NCBI GenBank assembly: GCA_044222475.1
Contig: JBGANF010000017.1
Location: 1-64,000 of the forward strand
DNA from: Polyangiaceae bacterium
GTDB taxonomy: Bacteria > Myxococcota_A > Polyangia > Polyangiales > Polyangiaceae
Length of the DNA stretch: 64,000 bases
Reading direction: 5' to 3'
The notes under the pieces were generated by a model. That model was not told the origin of the DNA and did not search any database. It saw only the letters and a list, made by a program, of their open reading frames with translations. Below, in pieces: positions 29,291 through 38,725 of this stretch. Position numbers and translations under genes: made by a program. The number at the start of each line of letters is the position of its first letter. Positions within the stretch are counted from its first letter, which is position 1.

Positions 29291-30820
29291 TCAGCCCGTG
29301 TAGCTGTCGTCCTGCTCGATGCGCGAGAGCACCCAGTCGAACTCGCCGGCGGTGACCTTCGCTTTGCAGTACTCGCACGCGCCGGCCATCGTGATCTTCA
29401 TCGGCGCGCCGCAGCTCGGGCAGTTCGGCGTCGTCGTCGTCTTCTGACCGCGCCGTCCGACGCCTCGAATGATCGTCCAGTACTCGGTGTACGGCCGCTC
29501 CTTCGACTTGCTCCCGCTGAGCAGGCGCCCATCGTCGGAGATGGTGTAGTCGAGGCCGGTCGCGAAGATGCGGACGGTGATCGCGTCGTAGTACTTGTCG
29601 GTGAGGACGTTCGCGAGCTCGACGTGGAGGATGCGCGCGTTCTCGGTGACGTTGCGCGCGCGTTGCTGGACGTAGAGGTCCATGAAGTACTGCTGCGACT
29701 GGAAGAGGTTGTCGGTGACGTAGGGACGCGCGCGCGGCCAGTCGCGGTGTGACCAAGCGACTTGGAGCTCGGCGTGGACCAGCCGAACGCGCGAGACGAG
29801 GGCGTTCCAGTCGAGCGAAGGATCGCCGCGTTGGAGCTCGGCCCATCGCTGGCGCGAGTGGGGATCGACCACGGTGGGTAGGTTGTTTCCCTGCTCCTCC
29901 ACGCTCGACGTGAGGGCCGGTGGTCGCATCTCGTTCTTGATGCGTTGCGCGTCGACGACGGTCCAATCGAACTTCCCCCAGCCCACGTGCTGCTTGCAGT
30001 ACGTGCACGTGTCGCCCTGGAGCGATTGGAGCGGGGCTCCGCAGTTCGGGCAGTCGAGCGTGTGCGAGCGCGCGGGCGGGCGCGACTTGGCGGTGTTGAG
30101 GCGCTGAATCGTCCACCGATCGACGACGTAGAAGCGGTGGGTCTGGCCCTGGCGCACTTCGTTCAGGTTGGCTTCGAAGTCGACCACGACGGCGGTGTGG
30201 GTCTGCGTCGGGGTGAACGAGATGAACCGAGTCGCACCGATGACGACGCCGCTGGCCGCTTGGACGTCGCCGGCGATCTTCGGCTGCGCGGCCGGCGCGA
30301 TGTAGGCGGCGAGCGTCGCGAGGTTGGGTCGCGCGTTCTGCGCGTGCGCGTAGAGCGTGTAGAGGAAGTCTTCGAAGAGCACCGTCGAGTAGTCGGGATC
30401 GACCCGCCGGATCATGTCGAGCCGGGAGCGCGGCACGCCGTGGGTCGCGGCGACCGGCTGGGGACCGCGCTGCGGCTGTGGGGTCCAGGCGCGGCCGCGC
30501 GCCGGTGCGCCGACGCTCCAGTTGGTCTGCTTGTTCTTCGCCGCGGCCTTCACGATCATCACGATGACGAAGATGATGAGGAGCGGGATCCCGAGCTGGG
30601 GATACTCGATGCACAGGATGATCAGCGAGATGATGGCGCCGCCATCGTCGCTGTCACCGCTCGATCCGCCGCTCGATCCGCCGCTCGATCCGCCGCTCGA
30701 CCCCGAGTAGCTCTCCCCACCGCCAGGCCGCGCGGCCCAGGCGAGGGCGGGCAGCAGCAGGATCGCGAGCGGCGCGAACGGGAGGAGTCGCAGGAGGAGC
30801 GAACGAAATCGTTGCATCAT
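29291..30820 (-). CDS. Membrane protein with two TIM44-like domains and Zn-ribbons
   Basis: Signal + ARPGGGESY; SSGG linker; TM; CPNCGAP..CTYC; EYWT; CPSCGAP..CEYC..DWVLSRI. Confidence 0.8.
   Translation of the reverse strand: MMQRFRSLLLRLLPFAPLAILLLPALAWAARPGGGESYSGSSGGSSGGSSGGSSGDSDDGGAIISLIILCIEYPQLGIPLLIIFVIVMIVKAAAKNKQTNWSVGAPARGRAWTPQPQRGPQPVAATHGVPRSRLDMIRRVDPDYSTVLFEDFLYTLYAHAQNARPNLATLAAYIAPAAQPKIAGDVQAASGVVIGATRFISFTPTQTHTAVVVDFEANLNEVRQGQTHRFYVVDRWTIQRLNTAKSRPPARSHTLDCPNCGAPLQSLQGDTCTYCKQHVGWGKFDWTVVDAQRIKNEMRPPALTSSVEEQGNNLPTVVDPHSRQRWAELQRGDPSLDWNALVSRVRLVHAELQVAWSHRDWPRARPYVTDNLFQSQQYFMDLYVQQRARNVTENARILHVELANVLTDKYYDAITVRIFATGLDYTISDDGRLLSGSKSKERPYTEYWTIIRGVGRRGQKTTTTPNCPSCGAPMKITMAGACEYCKAKVTAGEFDWVLSRIEQDDSYTG
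30657..30704. repeat. 12-bp tandem repeat (CCGCTCGATCCG), three perfect plus one near copy, encoding the Ser/Gly linker
   Basis: Read directly from the sequence. Confidence 0.85.
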
Positions 30821-31431
30821 GCAACTTCGTCCGGGAGCTCGTTGACGTCGTCCGCGCTGCGCGGGAGTGCGGGCTCCAGCGCGGGGCCGAAGGATTCGAC
30901 CGCCTTGATGAACGCTTCGAAGTCGCCAGCGCGAACCGACCCGTCGATCGCGCGCTCGACGGCGGTGAACTCGGCGATGGCCGCGGGGTCGACGCCGACG
31001 TCGGGGACGACCACGGCCGTGCGCTCGAACATGGACACGAAGACGAGCACGCCGGTGCGCCCGGTCGTCTTCGAGATCCCCAGGTCGACGAACGCGGCCT
31101 TGGCGGCGAGCTCGGCGTTCGCCCGGCAACGTTTGCCGGCCAGCAGTCGACGGAGCAGCGAGACGTTCCCGCAGACCACCGCGGCGATGCCGAACGCGAG
31201 CACGACGTTGATCGAGATCATCGCGGGCGCGAAAGCCTTCGGCGAAAACCACAGGAACGCGAGCATCAGCAGGGCGGCGACCGCGCCGAACGTGAGGTCG
31301 ACCGCGCGGTACTCGCCCGAGGTCCTTCGGACCGCGATCACGATCTCGGCGGCGGTGCGCGCTTCGACCGCTTTGACCGCCTCGGCGGCGCGCTTCTTTG
31401 CCGCGTCTTGGAAGAAGGTGGCCGCCGCCAT
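30817..31431 (-). CDS. TPM-domain membrane protein
   Basis: AVKAVEARTAAEIVIAV; TTGRTGVLVFVSMFER; DDVNELPD. Confidence 0.8.
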   Translation of the reverse strand: MAAATFFQDAAKKRAAEAVKAVEARTAAEIVIAVRRTSGEYRAVDLTFGAVAALLMLAFLWFSPKAFAPAMISINVVLAFGIAAVVCGNVSLLRRLLAGKRCRANAELAAKAAFVDLGISKTTGRTGVLVFVSMFERTAVVVPDVGVDPAAIAEFTAVERAIDGSVRAGDFEAFIKAVESFGPALEPALPRSADDVNELPDEVA

Positions 31432-31491
31432 CGCGAGTCGCGAGCATACACTCCTTTCCTTCGGCGCACGCCGCCGGCTATATGTTTCGCC

Positions 31492-32130
31492 GTGGATCCC
31501 GCCGTCCAAGAGTCCGCTCCCGCAGCCGAGGTGGCTCCGCCGCCGGCTCCGGTCGCGACCGGTACGCGGCCGCCGCCCGCAGCGACGGATCTCTACCCGC
31601 GCGACGCCGAAGAGCGGCGTCTCTGCGAGAAGGCGTCCACGCCCGATTGGCTCTACATGGCGATCCCACCGGTGCTCGTCGCCGGCGCGATCGTCCTCGA
31701 CTCCCAAGGGCTGAAGTACCAAGAGAACGCGTTTCTGCGCACCCTCGGGCCGGCGAGCGTCGGTTTGACCTGGGGCTTCATGGTCGGCGGCACGTACCTC
31801 GCGCTCCCGAAGTGCAGCCCGACGTACGTCTCGACGATCCCCGTCGAAGGGGACGTCCGCGCGAGCTGGCCGATGGCGTTCGCGCTCGCGATGTTCGCCG
31901 GGGCGACGGCGCCGGTCATCGTCGGGATCGAGACCGGGCCGCTGCCGCTCAGCTGGACCACGGTCGAGCGCTCGATGCGCCTCGTCACCGCGGGCGTGGT
32001 CGCGTTCGGGAGCGCGCTCCTGCCGTACCTGCTCCCGCCGAAGACGTGGCGCGCGATGAAGCAGCTCCAAGACATCCGCGCCGGCGCGACGAAAGACGGC
32101 TTCTTCGTGAGCGTCGGGCTCACGTTCTGA
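31492..32130 (+). CDS. Hypothetical membrane protein
   Basis: Pro-rich N-terminus and several hydrophobic helices; GC3-rich codons. Confidence 0.6.
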   Translation: MDPAVQESAPAAEVAPPPAPVATGTRPPPAATDLYPRDAEERRLCEKASTPDWLYMAIPPVLVAGAIVLDSQGLKYQENAFLRTLGPASVGLTWGFMVGGTYLALPKCSPTYVSTIPVEGDVRASWPMAFALAMFAGATAPVIVGIETGPLPLSWTTVERSMRLVTAGVVAFGSALLPYLLPPKTWRAMKQLQDIRAGATKDGFFVSVGLTF

Positions 32131-32137
32131 GCAGCGC

Positions 32138-32578
32138 GTGAAGACGTCGGCCGGGCTCGTCGTGTGGACGCATGCGCCGGACGGCGAGCTGCTCGTTCTC
32201 CTCGTCCATCCATCGGGCGCGTACAACCGAAAGGCGCCGTGGAGCATCCCGAAGGGGGAGCTCGACGCCGGCGAAGCAGCCGAAGACTGCGCGCGCCGCG
32301 AGACGCGCGAAGAGACCGGAGTCGACGTCACCGGACCGGTCGTCGCGCTGGAACATGTAGACTACAAGAAAAGCAAGAAGCGCATCTTCGCGTTCGCCGC
32401 CCCGCTCCCTTCGGGTGCGACCCCGCGATGCGCTTCGTGGGAGATCGACGGCGCCGAGATGGTCCCGCTCGCCGAAGCGCGGCGGAGGATTCACCCCGAT
32501 CAGGCGCCGTTGCTCGACCGAGCGTCTTCCGTGGCGTCTTCGGCGGCTAGCTTGATCGGTCCCTGTTTGTCGGGATAG
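32138..32578 (+). CDS. NUDIX hydrolase
   Basis: WSIPKGELDAGEAAEDCARRETREETG (Nudix box). Confidence 0.9.
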   Translation: MKTSAGLVVWTHAPDGELLVLLVHPSGAYNRKAPWSIPKGELDAGEAAEDCARRETREETGVDVTGPVVALEHVDYKKSKKRIFAFAAPLPSGATPRCASWEIDGAEMVPLAEARRRIHPDQAPLLDRASSVASSAASLIGPCLSG

Positions 32579-33111
32579 CGACCGAACTTGTCGGCGTAGA
32601 ACGCGCGGATGAAGTCCATGTCGGCCTTCACGTCGCCGCTGGGCTTCAGCATCGGGCCGAGCCCGCCGCGTTTCTTCTTGAAGTCGAGGTAACCGAGGCA
32701 GATCGGGACGTCGCCGGTCTTCGCGATGTAATAGAAGCCGCTCTTCCAGTGCTCGGCGTGACCGCGCGTCCCTTCGGGCGGCACCGCGAGGACGAGGTGC
32801 TCGCTCTTGCGGAAGCGCTCCGCGAGCTGCTCCACCATGTTGTGCGGCGAGCGACGATCGATCGCGATGCCACCGAGCGCACGGAAGAACCCGCCGAGCG
32901 GCGGCTTGAACAGCGTGTGCTTGCCCACCCACGAAGGCCACACGCCGTACTCCATCCCGCACAGGAGCATGAGCACGAGGTCCCAGTTGCTCGTGTGGGG
33001 CGCGGCGATCAGGACGTACTTCGCCTCTTTCGGTGCCTCACCGACGATCTCCCAGCCGACCGACGCGAGGGCCAGGTGGGCGAACCGCGCCGCGAGCCCT
33101 CGCTTCTTCAT
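32500..33111 (-). CDS. Lysophospholipid (PlsC-like) acyltransferase
   Basis: APHTSNWD (HxxxxD); IDR; PEGTR; WKSGFY. Confidence 0.9.
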   Translation of the reverse strand: MKKRGLAARFAHLALASVGWEIVGEAPKEAKYVLIAAPHTSNWDLVLMLLCGMEYGVWPSWVGKHTLFKPPLGGFFRALGGIAIDRRSPHNMVEQLAERFRKSEHLVLAVPPEGTRGHAEHWKSGFYYIAKTGDVPICLGYLDFKKKRGGLGPMLKPSGDVKADMDFIRAFYADKFGRYPDKQGPIKLAAEDATEDARSSNGA

Positions 33112-33113
33112 CG

Positions 33114-33506
33114 CTACTCTCCCAACAGCTTGTTCATCGACGCTTCGTCAGCGGGCGTGAACGGGTACTGCTCGAACTCGGCGCTCGTCACCCACTTGAA
33201 GTCGTGGACGTGCATCGGCGACAGCTTTCCGGACGAGATCCGGCACTCGTAGAGAAACAGATCGACCGCGTAGTGCTCGTACGGATGCGTCACGAACGAG
33301 ATGAGCTTCCCGCACTCGATCTGCGCGCCGAGGCGGTGCGAGAACTCGCGCCGAAGCGCTTCGGCGTCGGTCTCACCAGGCTCCACCTTGCCGCCGGGGA
33401 ACTCCCACATGAGCGGGAGCACCGCGGTCGGGCGGCGCTGCGTGATGAGATAGCGCCCCGCGTCTTCGAGCACGGCCGCGACGACGCGAATGGTCCGAGC
33501 AGGCAT
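33114..33506 (-). CDS. MutT/NudG-like NUDIX hydrolase
   Basis: WEFPGGKVEPGETDAEALRREF; PADEA. Confidence 0.9.
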   Translation of the reverse strand: MPARTIRVVAAVLEDAGRYLITQRRPTAVLPLMWEFPGGKVEPGETDAEALRREFSHRLGAQIECGKLISFVTHPYEHYAVDLFLYECRISSGKLSPMHVHDFKWVTSAEFEQYPFTPADEASMNKLLGE

Positions 33507-33509
33507 CGC

Positions 33510-34568
33510 TCAGGCGGAGATTCGGAAGAGCTGCTGCCCCATCAGAAGCACGTCGCCCGTGCCGACTTCGACTTCTTCCTTCAGGCGAAGGAACGTCCCG
33601 TTCGAGCTGCCGAGGTCGGTCAGCGTGAGCGTGCCGTCGTTCCAGTTGAGGTGGCAGTGGAGCCCCGAGACGTAGCCGTCCTCGGGGAAGAGCACGTCGC
33701 CGCGCTCGCGGCCGATGTGGAGGCCGGTCTCGGGGATGGGGAACGCGTTGCCGGTGGTCTCGCGACCGATGACGAGCGCGATGCGACCGATGTAGCCCTT
33801 CGACGGTGCGCCGAGGCGCTCGACGCCGTCGGGCGAGGCCGGGAGCGGATCGACGGACTCGAAGCGGATGATCTCCTGGCCGATGCGGAACACGTCGTTC
33901 GGCTTCAGCTCGACCGGGACCTCGCGCGCGAGCTTCTTGTAGACGCCGTTGAGCGAGTTCTGATCCTTCACGCGAAGGCGACCGTTGCCGATCATCTTGA
34001 AGTGCGCGTGTTGCGGCGAGAGGTAGCTGTCGCCCGCGAAGATGCCGCCCGTGTCGCGGCCGAGCACGCAGTCGGCGCTCGGCAGGGTGAACGTCCCGGC
34101 CTCCGAGCCGTCGGCGCGGAGGGCCGTGAGGACGACGGTGCCGGCGACTGCGGCGGCAGCCGGCATCGGCGCCGAGGCAGGCTTCGGGGCGGCGCCGCCG
34201 AGGCGGAAGCCGCACGCCGCGCAGAACGTGTTGTTCGGCGGGTTCATGTGGCTGCACTGGGGGCAGGGCGAGGCCGCGCCGGCAGCTGCGCCTTGAGGCG
34301 TGGTGGCGACCGGAGCAGAAACGGGCTGCGCAGCCGGCGGCGCGCTCACGACGGGCTTGGCGGCGGGGGGCGGCGCGGCAGCCGGCGGCGGCGCGGCTGC
34401 GGCGGGAGGCGGTGCTCCGGCGGCCGGGCGCGCGGCGGGAATGCCGTGGGGCGGCGTCTTGGGCGTGAAAGGCTTGGGCGCGGCATCACGCGGCAACTCC
34501 GCCCCGCAGCCGAGGCAGAATTTGTAGTGATCCTGGTTGTCCTTGCTGCACTTGGGGCAGGTGATCAC
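33510..34568 (-). CDS. Double Zn-ribbon + tandem FHA domain protein
   Basis: CPKC..CLGCG; CPQC..CAACG; LGR..SPQHA..SLNG; IGR..SGLH..SSNGT. Confidence 0.9.
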   Translation of the reverse strand: MITCPKCSKDNQDHYKFCLGCGAELPRDAAPKPFTPKTPPHGIPAARPAAGAPPPAAAAPPPAAAPPPAAKPVVSAPPAAQPVSAPVATTPQGAAAGAASPCPQCSHMNPPNNTFCAACGFRLGGAAPKPASAPMPAAAAVAGTVVLTALRADGSEAGTFTLPSADCVLGRDTGGIFAGDSYLSPQHAHFKMIGNGRLRVKDQNSLNGVYKKLAREVPVELKPNDVFRIGQEIIRFESVDPLPASPDGVERLGAPSKGYIGRIALVIGRETTGNAFPIPETGLHIGRERGDVLFPEDGYVSGLHCHLNWNDGTLTLTDLGSSNGTFLRLKEEVEVGTGDVLLMGQQLFRISA

Positions 34569-34673
34569 GACGTGGCCCTCACGAACGAGAGTGGTACAGC
34601 GGGTCTTTCAGCGCGCAGCACTAGGGAGTATCAACTCCTACCGAACCCGGTCAAGCCACAGGAGCTCTTTCCC

Positions 34674-35249
34674 ATGCCGCAAGCAACCTTTCCCGACATC
34701 CAGATCCCCGGTCCCGGCAAGCTGTACGCCCGCTTTCACACCTCGCTCGGCAACCTCGTGGTGGAGCTCGAAGAAGAGCGCTGCCCCAAGACGGTGCGGA
34801 ATTTCGTCGGGCTCGCCACCGGGACCCAGGAGTGGACGGACCCGAAGAGCGGCCAGGCCAAGTCGGGCGTGCCGCTCTACGACGGCACCATCTTCCACCG
34901 CGTGATCCCCGATTTCATGATCCAGGGCGGCTGTCCGCTCGGTGCCGGAACCGGAAACCCGGGCTACCGCTTCGCCGACGAGTTTCACCCCGACCTCAAG
35001 CACAGCGGCCCCGGCATCCTGTCGATGGCGAACTCGGGCCCCAACACGAACGGCTGCCAGTTCTTCATCACCGAGCGCGCCACGCCGCACCTCGACAACA
35101 AGCACTCCGTCTTCGGTAGGACCGTTGCCGGCCTCGACCTGGTGAAGAAGATCACCGGCGTGCAGCGGGGCCCGCGCGACAAACCGGTCACCGACGTGAA
35201 GCTGAACCGCGTCGAAATCTTCCGCAGCGCCGCCGTTCCCGCCGCGTGA
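34674..35249 (+). CDS. Cyclophilin-type peptidyl-prolyl isomerase
   Basis: PKTVRNF; FHRVIPDFMIQGG; LSMANSGPNTNGCQFFIT; HSVFG. Confidence 0.95.
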   Translation: MPQATFPDIQIPGPGKLYARFHTSLGNLVVELEEERCPKTVRNFVGLATGTQEWTDPKSGQAKSGVPLYDGTIFHRVIPDFMIQGGCPLGAGTGNPGYRFADEFHPDLKHSGPGILSMANSGPNTNGCQFFITERATPHLDNKHSVFGRTVAGLDLVKKITGVQRGPRDKPVTDVKLNRVEIFRSAAVPAA

Positions 35250-35794
35250 ACCCGCTCGAGGGGGAGCGCCTCGTCGTTCGACCGGTCGGCCTGGACGACG
35301 CGGAGCTCCTCGCGAGCTTCTTCGAGGTCAACGAGGCCCACGTCGCGCCGTGGCACTCGGGTCCGTTGGACTCGATGCGCGACGCGGCGTGGTGGCGCGA
35401 GCGCCTCCCGAAGATGCTCGAAGACCCGCGGCACCTTCGCATGTGCTTCTTCGTGCGGGCAGACGACGCCGAGGTCGGCGGTCTGGTGAACCTCCACGAG
35501 ATCGTGCGCCACCCGGTGCACGCGGCGATGTTCGGCTACTCGATCGCCAAGCGGTGGGAGGGGCAGGGCCTGATGAGCGAAGCCCTGGCGCTCGTCATCC
35601 AACACGCGTTCTCCAAGCTGAACCTGCACAAGCTCCACGCGAGCTTCGATGTGGTGAACGTGCGCAGCAAGCGTCTGCTCGAGCGCGCGGGGTTCGTCTA
35701 CGAGGGTCGGCTCCGGTCGCACTTGCTCGTCGGCGGAAGTTGGCGAGACTTGGATCAGATGAGCTTGATCAACTCGGAGTGGACGCCGCCGTGA
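35246..35794 (+). CDS. GNAT acetyltransferase, RimJ/RimL family
   Basis: FGYSIAKRWEGQGLMSEAL; NVRSKRLLERAGF. Confidence 0.9.
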   Translation: MNPLEGERLVVRPVGLDDAELLASFFEVNEAHVAPWHSGPLDSMRDAAWWRERLPKMLEDPRHLRMCFFVRADDAEVGGLVNLHEIVRHPVHAAMFGYSIAKRWEGQGLMSEALALVIQHAFSKLNLHKLHASFDVVNVRSKRLLERAGFVYEGRLRSHLLVGGSWRDLDQMSLINSEWTPP

Positions 35795-36489
35795 CCGGTC
35801 ACCGCGGAGCAGGTGCCATCGAGCCGCCGGACACGGGGATTCGCTTCCCCGATCCCGAAGAGGCGGACGAGCACGGGCTTCTCGCGGTCGGCGTCGACTT
35901 CCGACCGGGGACGCTGCTTCGCGCGTACCGAAGCGGGATCTTCCCGTGGCCGCAGTCGGAGCGTCTCGTCGGATGGTTCTCGCCCGACCCGCGCGCGATC
36001 TACCCGCTCGAAGAAGAGCCACACGTCTCGCGCAGCCTACGGAGAACACTCAAGATTTCTGACTGGACGGTCCGGGTCGACACGGCGTTCACCGAGGTCG
36101 TGACCGCCTGCGGAGAGAGACGCCGCGGTGGGACGTGGATCACCAAGAATTTGTTAGCCGGCTACCGTGCTCTGTTCGACCTGGGGTGGGCCCACTCGGT
36201 CGAGGTGTGGGAGGGCGAGGACCTGGTCGGTGGCATCTACGGCGTCGCGATCGGCGGCCTCTTCGCCGGTGAGTCGATGTTCCATCGCCGCACCGATGCG
36301 TCGAAGGTCGCGTTCATCCACCTCGTGATGCGCCTGCGCGCGGCGGGCTACCGCCTCTTCGACGTGCAAGTGCAGAACCCGCACATCGAGTCGCTCGGGT
36401 GCGTCGAGATCCCGCGCACGGAGTACCTCGCGCGGTTGAAGAAGGCGCTCGCGGTGACGCCGGCGCCGCTGGTCAGTGTTTCGGGATGA
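35791..36489 (+). CDS. aat: Leucyl/phenylalanyl-tRNA--protein transferase
   Basis: LLRAYRSGIFPW; WFSPDPR; AHSVEVW; GESMF; DASKVA. Confidence 0.95.
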   Translation: MTGHRGAGAIEPPDTGIRFPDPEEADEHGLLAVGVDFRPGTLLRAYRSGIFPWPQSERLVGWFSPDPRAIYPLEEEPHVSRSLRRTLKISDWTVRVDTAFTEVVTACGERRRGGTWITKNLLAGYRALFDLGWAHSVEVWEGEDLVGGIYGVAIGGLFAGESMFHRRTDASKVAFIHLVMRLRAAGYRLFDVQVQNPHIESLGCVEIPRTEYLARLKKALAVTPAPLVSVSG

Positions 36490-37519
36490 GATCCGAGATG
36501 CTCGCGATCGCGATGATGCCGAGCAAGATGAGCAACCCCAGCGCGTGGATGCGTGCTTCGACCTTCCGATCGGGCCTCCGTCGCGCGACGGCCTCGAAGC
36601 CAAGGAACATGAGTCGTCCGCCGTCGAGCGCGGGCACTGGTAGCAGGTTGAACCCGCCGAGGTAGGCGGACAGCGCGCCCAAGATCTTGAACGCGTCTCC
36701 GGCGCCGCTCTGCACCGCGGACGCGACCTCCTTCACGATGCCCGGTGGCCCCGACACGACGGGCTTCTCTTTGCCGGTGATCATGCGCGCGAGGCCGATC
36801 ACGAGCGCGGCGACGACCTTCGGCGGCTCCGTCAAGCCGAGCTTGGCGGCCTCGAGCGTCGTGACGGGCTCCGACTTGGAGATCGTCGAGATGTGGACGG
36901 AGATGCGGCCTTCGCCCTTGTCACCCTTCGGGAGCGGAGTGACGGCGAGGTGGGTCGAAGTGCCGGCGCGGAGGACCTCGATGTCGATCGGGGTGTTCGC
37001 GTGCGAGCCGATGATCCCCATGAGCTGGTCGGCGTTCTTGATCGTCTCGCCGTTGACGGTCGCGATCTGGTCGTTCTCGTGCACTCCGGCGATGGCGGCC
37101 GGGCCGCCGTCGTCGACCTTGAGCACCTTCACGCCGTTGGCCACGTCGCGACCGCCGACCATGAAGCCGATGAAGAACAGGACCGACGCGAAGAAGTAGT
37201 TGGCGAGAGGGCCAGCGGCGATCGTGACGACGCGCGCCCAGAGCGACGCGTTGGCGTAGCTCGCCGCGTCCTTGGGATCGTGATCCTCGTACGGGTTCAT
37301 CCCGGCGATTTGGACGTACGCGAGGAACGGGATGAGCGCGATTTGGAAGACGGTCGGGTCGTTCTTGCGTTGGTACTTCCAGAGCCTCGGTCCGAAGCCG
37401 ATCGAGAAACGCGTGACCCGCATTCCGAAGCGTTTGGCCGCGAAGTAGTGGCCCCACTCGTGGACCACCATCAGGACCGCCAGGCCGAGGGCGGCCAGGA
37501 CGTATTGGGCGACCGTCAT
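36473..37519 (-). CDS. rseP: RIP metalloprotease (M50) with PDZ domain
   Basis: VHEWGH; FSIGFGP; AGPLAN; PDZ; NLLPVPALDGG. Confidence 0.9.
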   Translation of the reverse strand: MTVAQYVLAALGLAVLMVVHEWGHYFAAKRFGMRVTRFSIGFGPRLWKYQRKNDPTVFQIALIPFLAYVQIAGMNPYEDHDPKDAASYANASLWARVVTIAAGPLANYFFASVLFFIGFMVGGRDVANGVKVLKVDDGGPAAIAGVHENDQIATVNGETIKNADQLMGIIGSHANTPIDIEVLRAGTSTHLAVTPLPKGDKGEGRISVHISTISKSEPVTTLEAAKLGLTEPPKVVAALVIGLARMITGKEKPVVSGPPGIVKEVASAVQSGAGDAFKILGALSAYLGGFNLLPVPALDGGRLMFLGFEAVARRRPDRKVEARIHALGLLILLGIIAIASISDLIPKH

Positions 37520-37583
37520 GGAGAGCACTGTAGCCTCTCCGCGGGCCGTCCGCATCTGGACGGGCGAAGTGTAGGATGGCGCC

Positions 37584-38195
37584 GTGAGGGCACGAATTTC
37601 CTTGGGTGCCATCGTGATCGCGGGAACTTTCCTCATCGCTTGCAGCGGCGGTGGCTGCCACACGAGCGTGTCGAAGAGCTGGGACGCCTCGTACAGCGTG
37701 AGCTTCGGTGGCGCGGCCGACGCGTCGGTCGTCGCGCCTCCGGCCGATGCGTCCGTCGCCCCGCCGGTGAAGGCGACCGCGGCGGACGCCGGCCCTGCCG
37801 GGCCGATGCAAGGGATCTTCCACCGCGACGAAGGCCCCGACGAGCGCAACCTCGAGATCGATCCCGACGGGACGTTCTTCTGGCGCATCTACGGCTGCGA
37901 CTTCGGGGGAGGCGACTGCGGCGTGTGGTCCGTAGCCGGTACCACTTTGGTACTGACGCCGAAGCCACCGGCGACGACGATGACGTGGGACGACGGCGTG
38001 ACCTTCACTCGAAAGGTCACCAAGGTCGTCCTTCGCGACAAGGGAGCGAACCTGGAAGCTCGCATTTCGGCCGACGACGGCGAGAAGCTCCTGCAAGCAT
38101 GGTTTCCCGGCCGGGTCTGTGCGCCGTGCAGCGGCGAGGGGCCCTCCGGAAAGCTCGTCCCGTGCAACAAGCCGCTGGTGAGGAGCTGCCCATGA
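37584..38195 (+). CDS. Lipoprotein (paralog 1)
   Basis: Lipobox LIAC; GIFH..DERNLEIDPDGTFFWRIYGCDFGGGDCGVW. Confidence 0.7.
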   Translation: MRARISLGAIVIAGTFLIACSGGGCHTSVSKSWDASYSVSFGGAADASVVAPPADASVAPPVKATAADAGPAGPMQGIFHRDEGPDERNLEIDPDGTFFWRIYGCDFGGGDCGVWSVAGTTLVLTPKPPATTMTWDDGVTFTRKVTKVVLRDKGANLEARISADDGEKLLQAWFPGRVCAPCSGEGPSGKLVPCNKPLVRSCP

Positions 38196-38716
38196 AACGT
38201 CTTCGCGGCGTCGTCATCGCCGTGCTCGTGATCGTCGGGTGTCGTTCGGTCGCCACGCCCGTCGAGTCGTCGTCGCCGTCGGCCTCCGCGCCTCCCGGTG
38301 CCGATGCGAGCGCGGCCGGGCCGGTCATTCGCGGGATCTACCACCTCGACGTCGAGCCGGACGAACGCAACCTCGTCATCGAGAGCGACGGGACGTTCTT
38401 CTGGGAGATCTTCGGCTGCGATTTCTCCGGTGGCGGTTGCGGCGTGTGGAAGAAGGTCGGGACGACCGTGGTTCTCACCCCGACTCCGCCCGAGAAGTCG
38501 TTCATGTGGACCGACAACGGCGGCGTGAACCAAGTCGTCGAGATCGTGCTCACGGAGAGCGCGGGCGTGCTCGACGCGCGGGCGCGCGCGGTGGACGGCA
38601 CGATCACGGTTCAGAAGTGGCACCCTGGTCAGGTGTGCGCGCACTGCGGCGGTGGCCTGGGCCCGACGGGGAAGCTCGCCCCGTGTCACCGGCCGCTCAC
38701 GAAGCGCTGCCCGTGA
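38192..38716 (+). CDS. Lipoprotein (paralog 2)
   Basis: Lipobox IVGC; GIYH..DERNLVIESDGTFFWEIFGCDFSGGGCGVW; ATGA overlap with paralog 1. Confidence 0.7.
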   Translation: MKRLRGVVIAVLVIVGCRSVATPVESSSPSASAPPGADASAAGPVIRGIYHLDVEPDERNLVIESDGTFFWEIFGCDFSGGGCGVWKKVGTTVVLTPTPPEKSFMWTDNGGVNQVVEIVLTESAGVLDARARAVDGTITVQKWHPGQVCAHCGGGLGPTGKLAPCHRPLTKRCP

Positions 38717-38725
38717 GCGCCGGAC

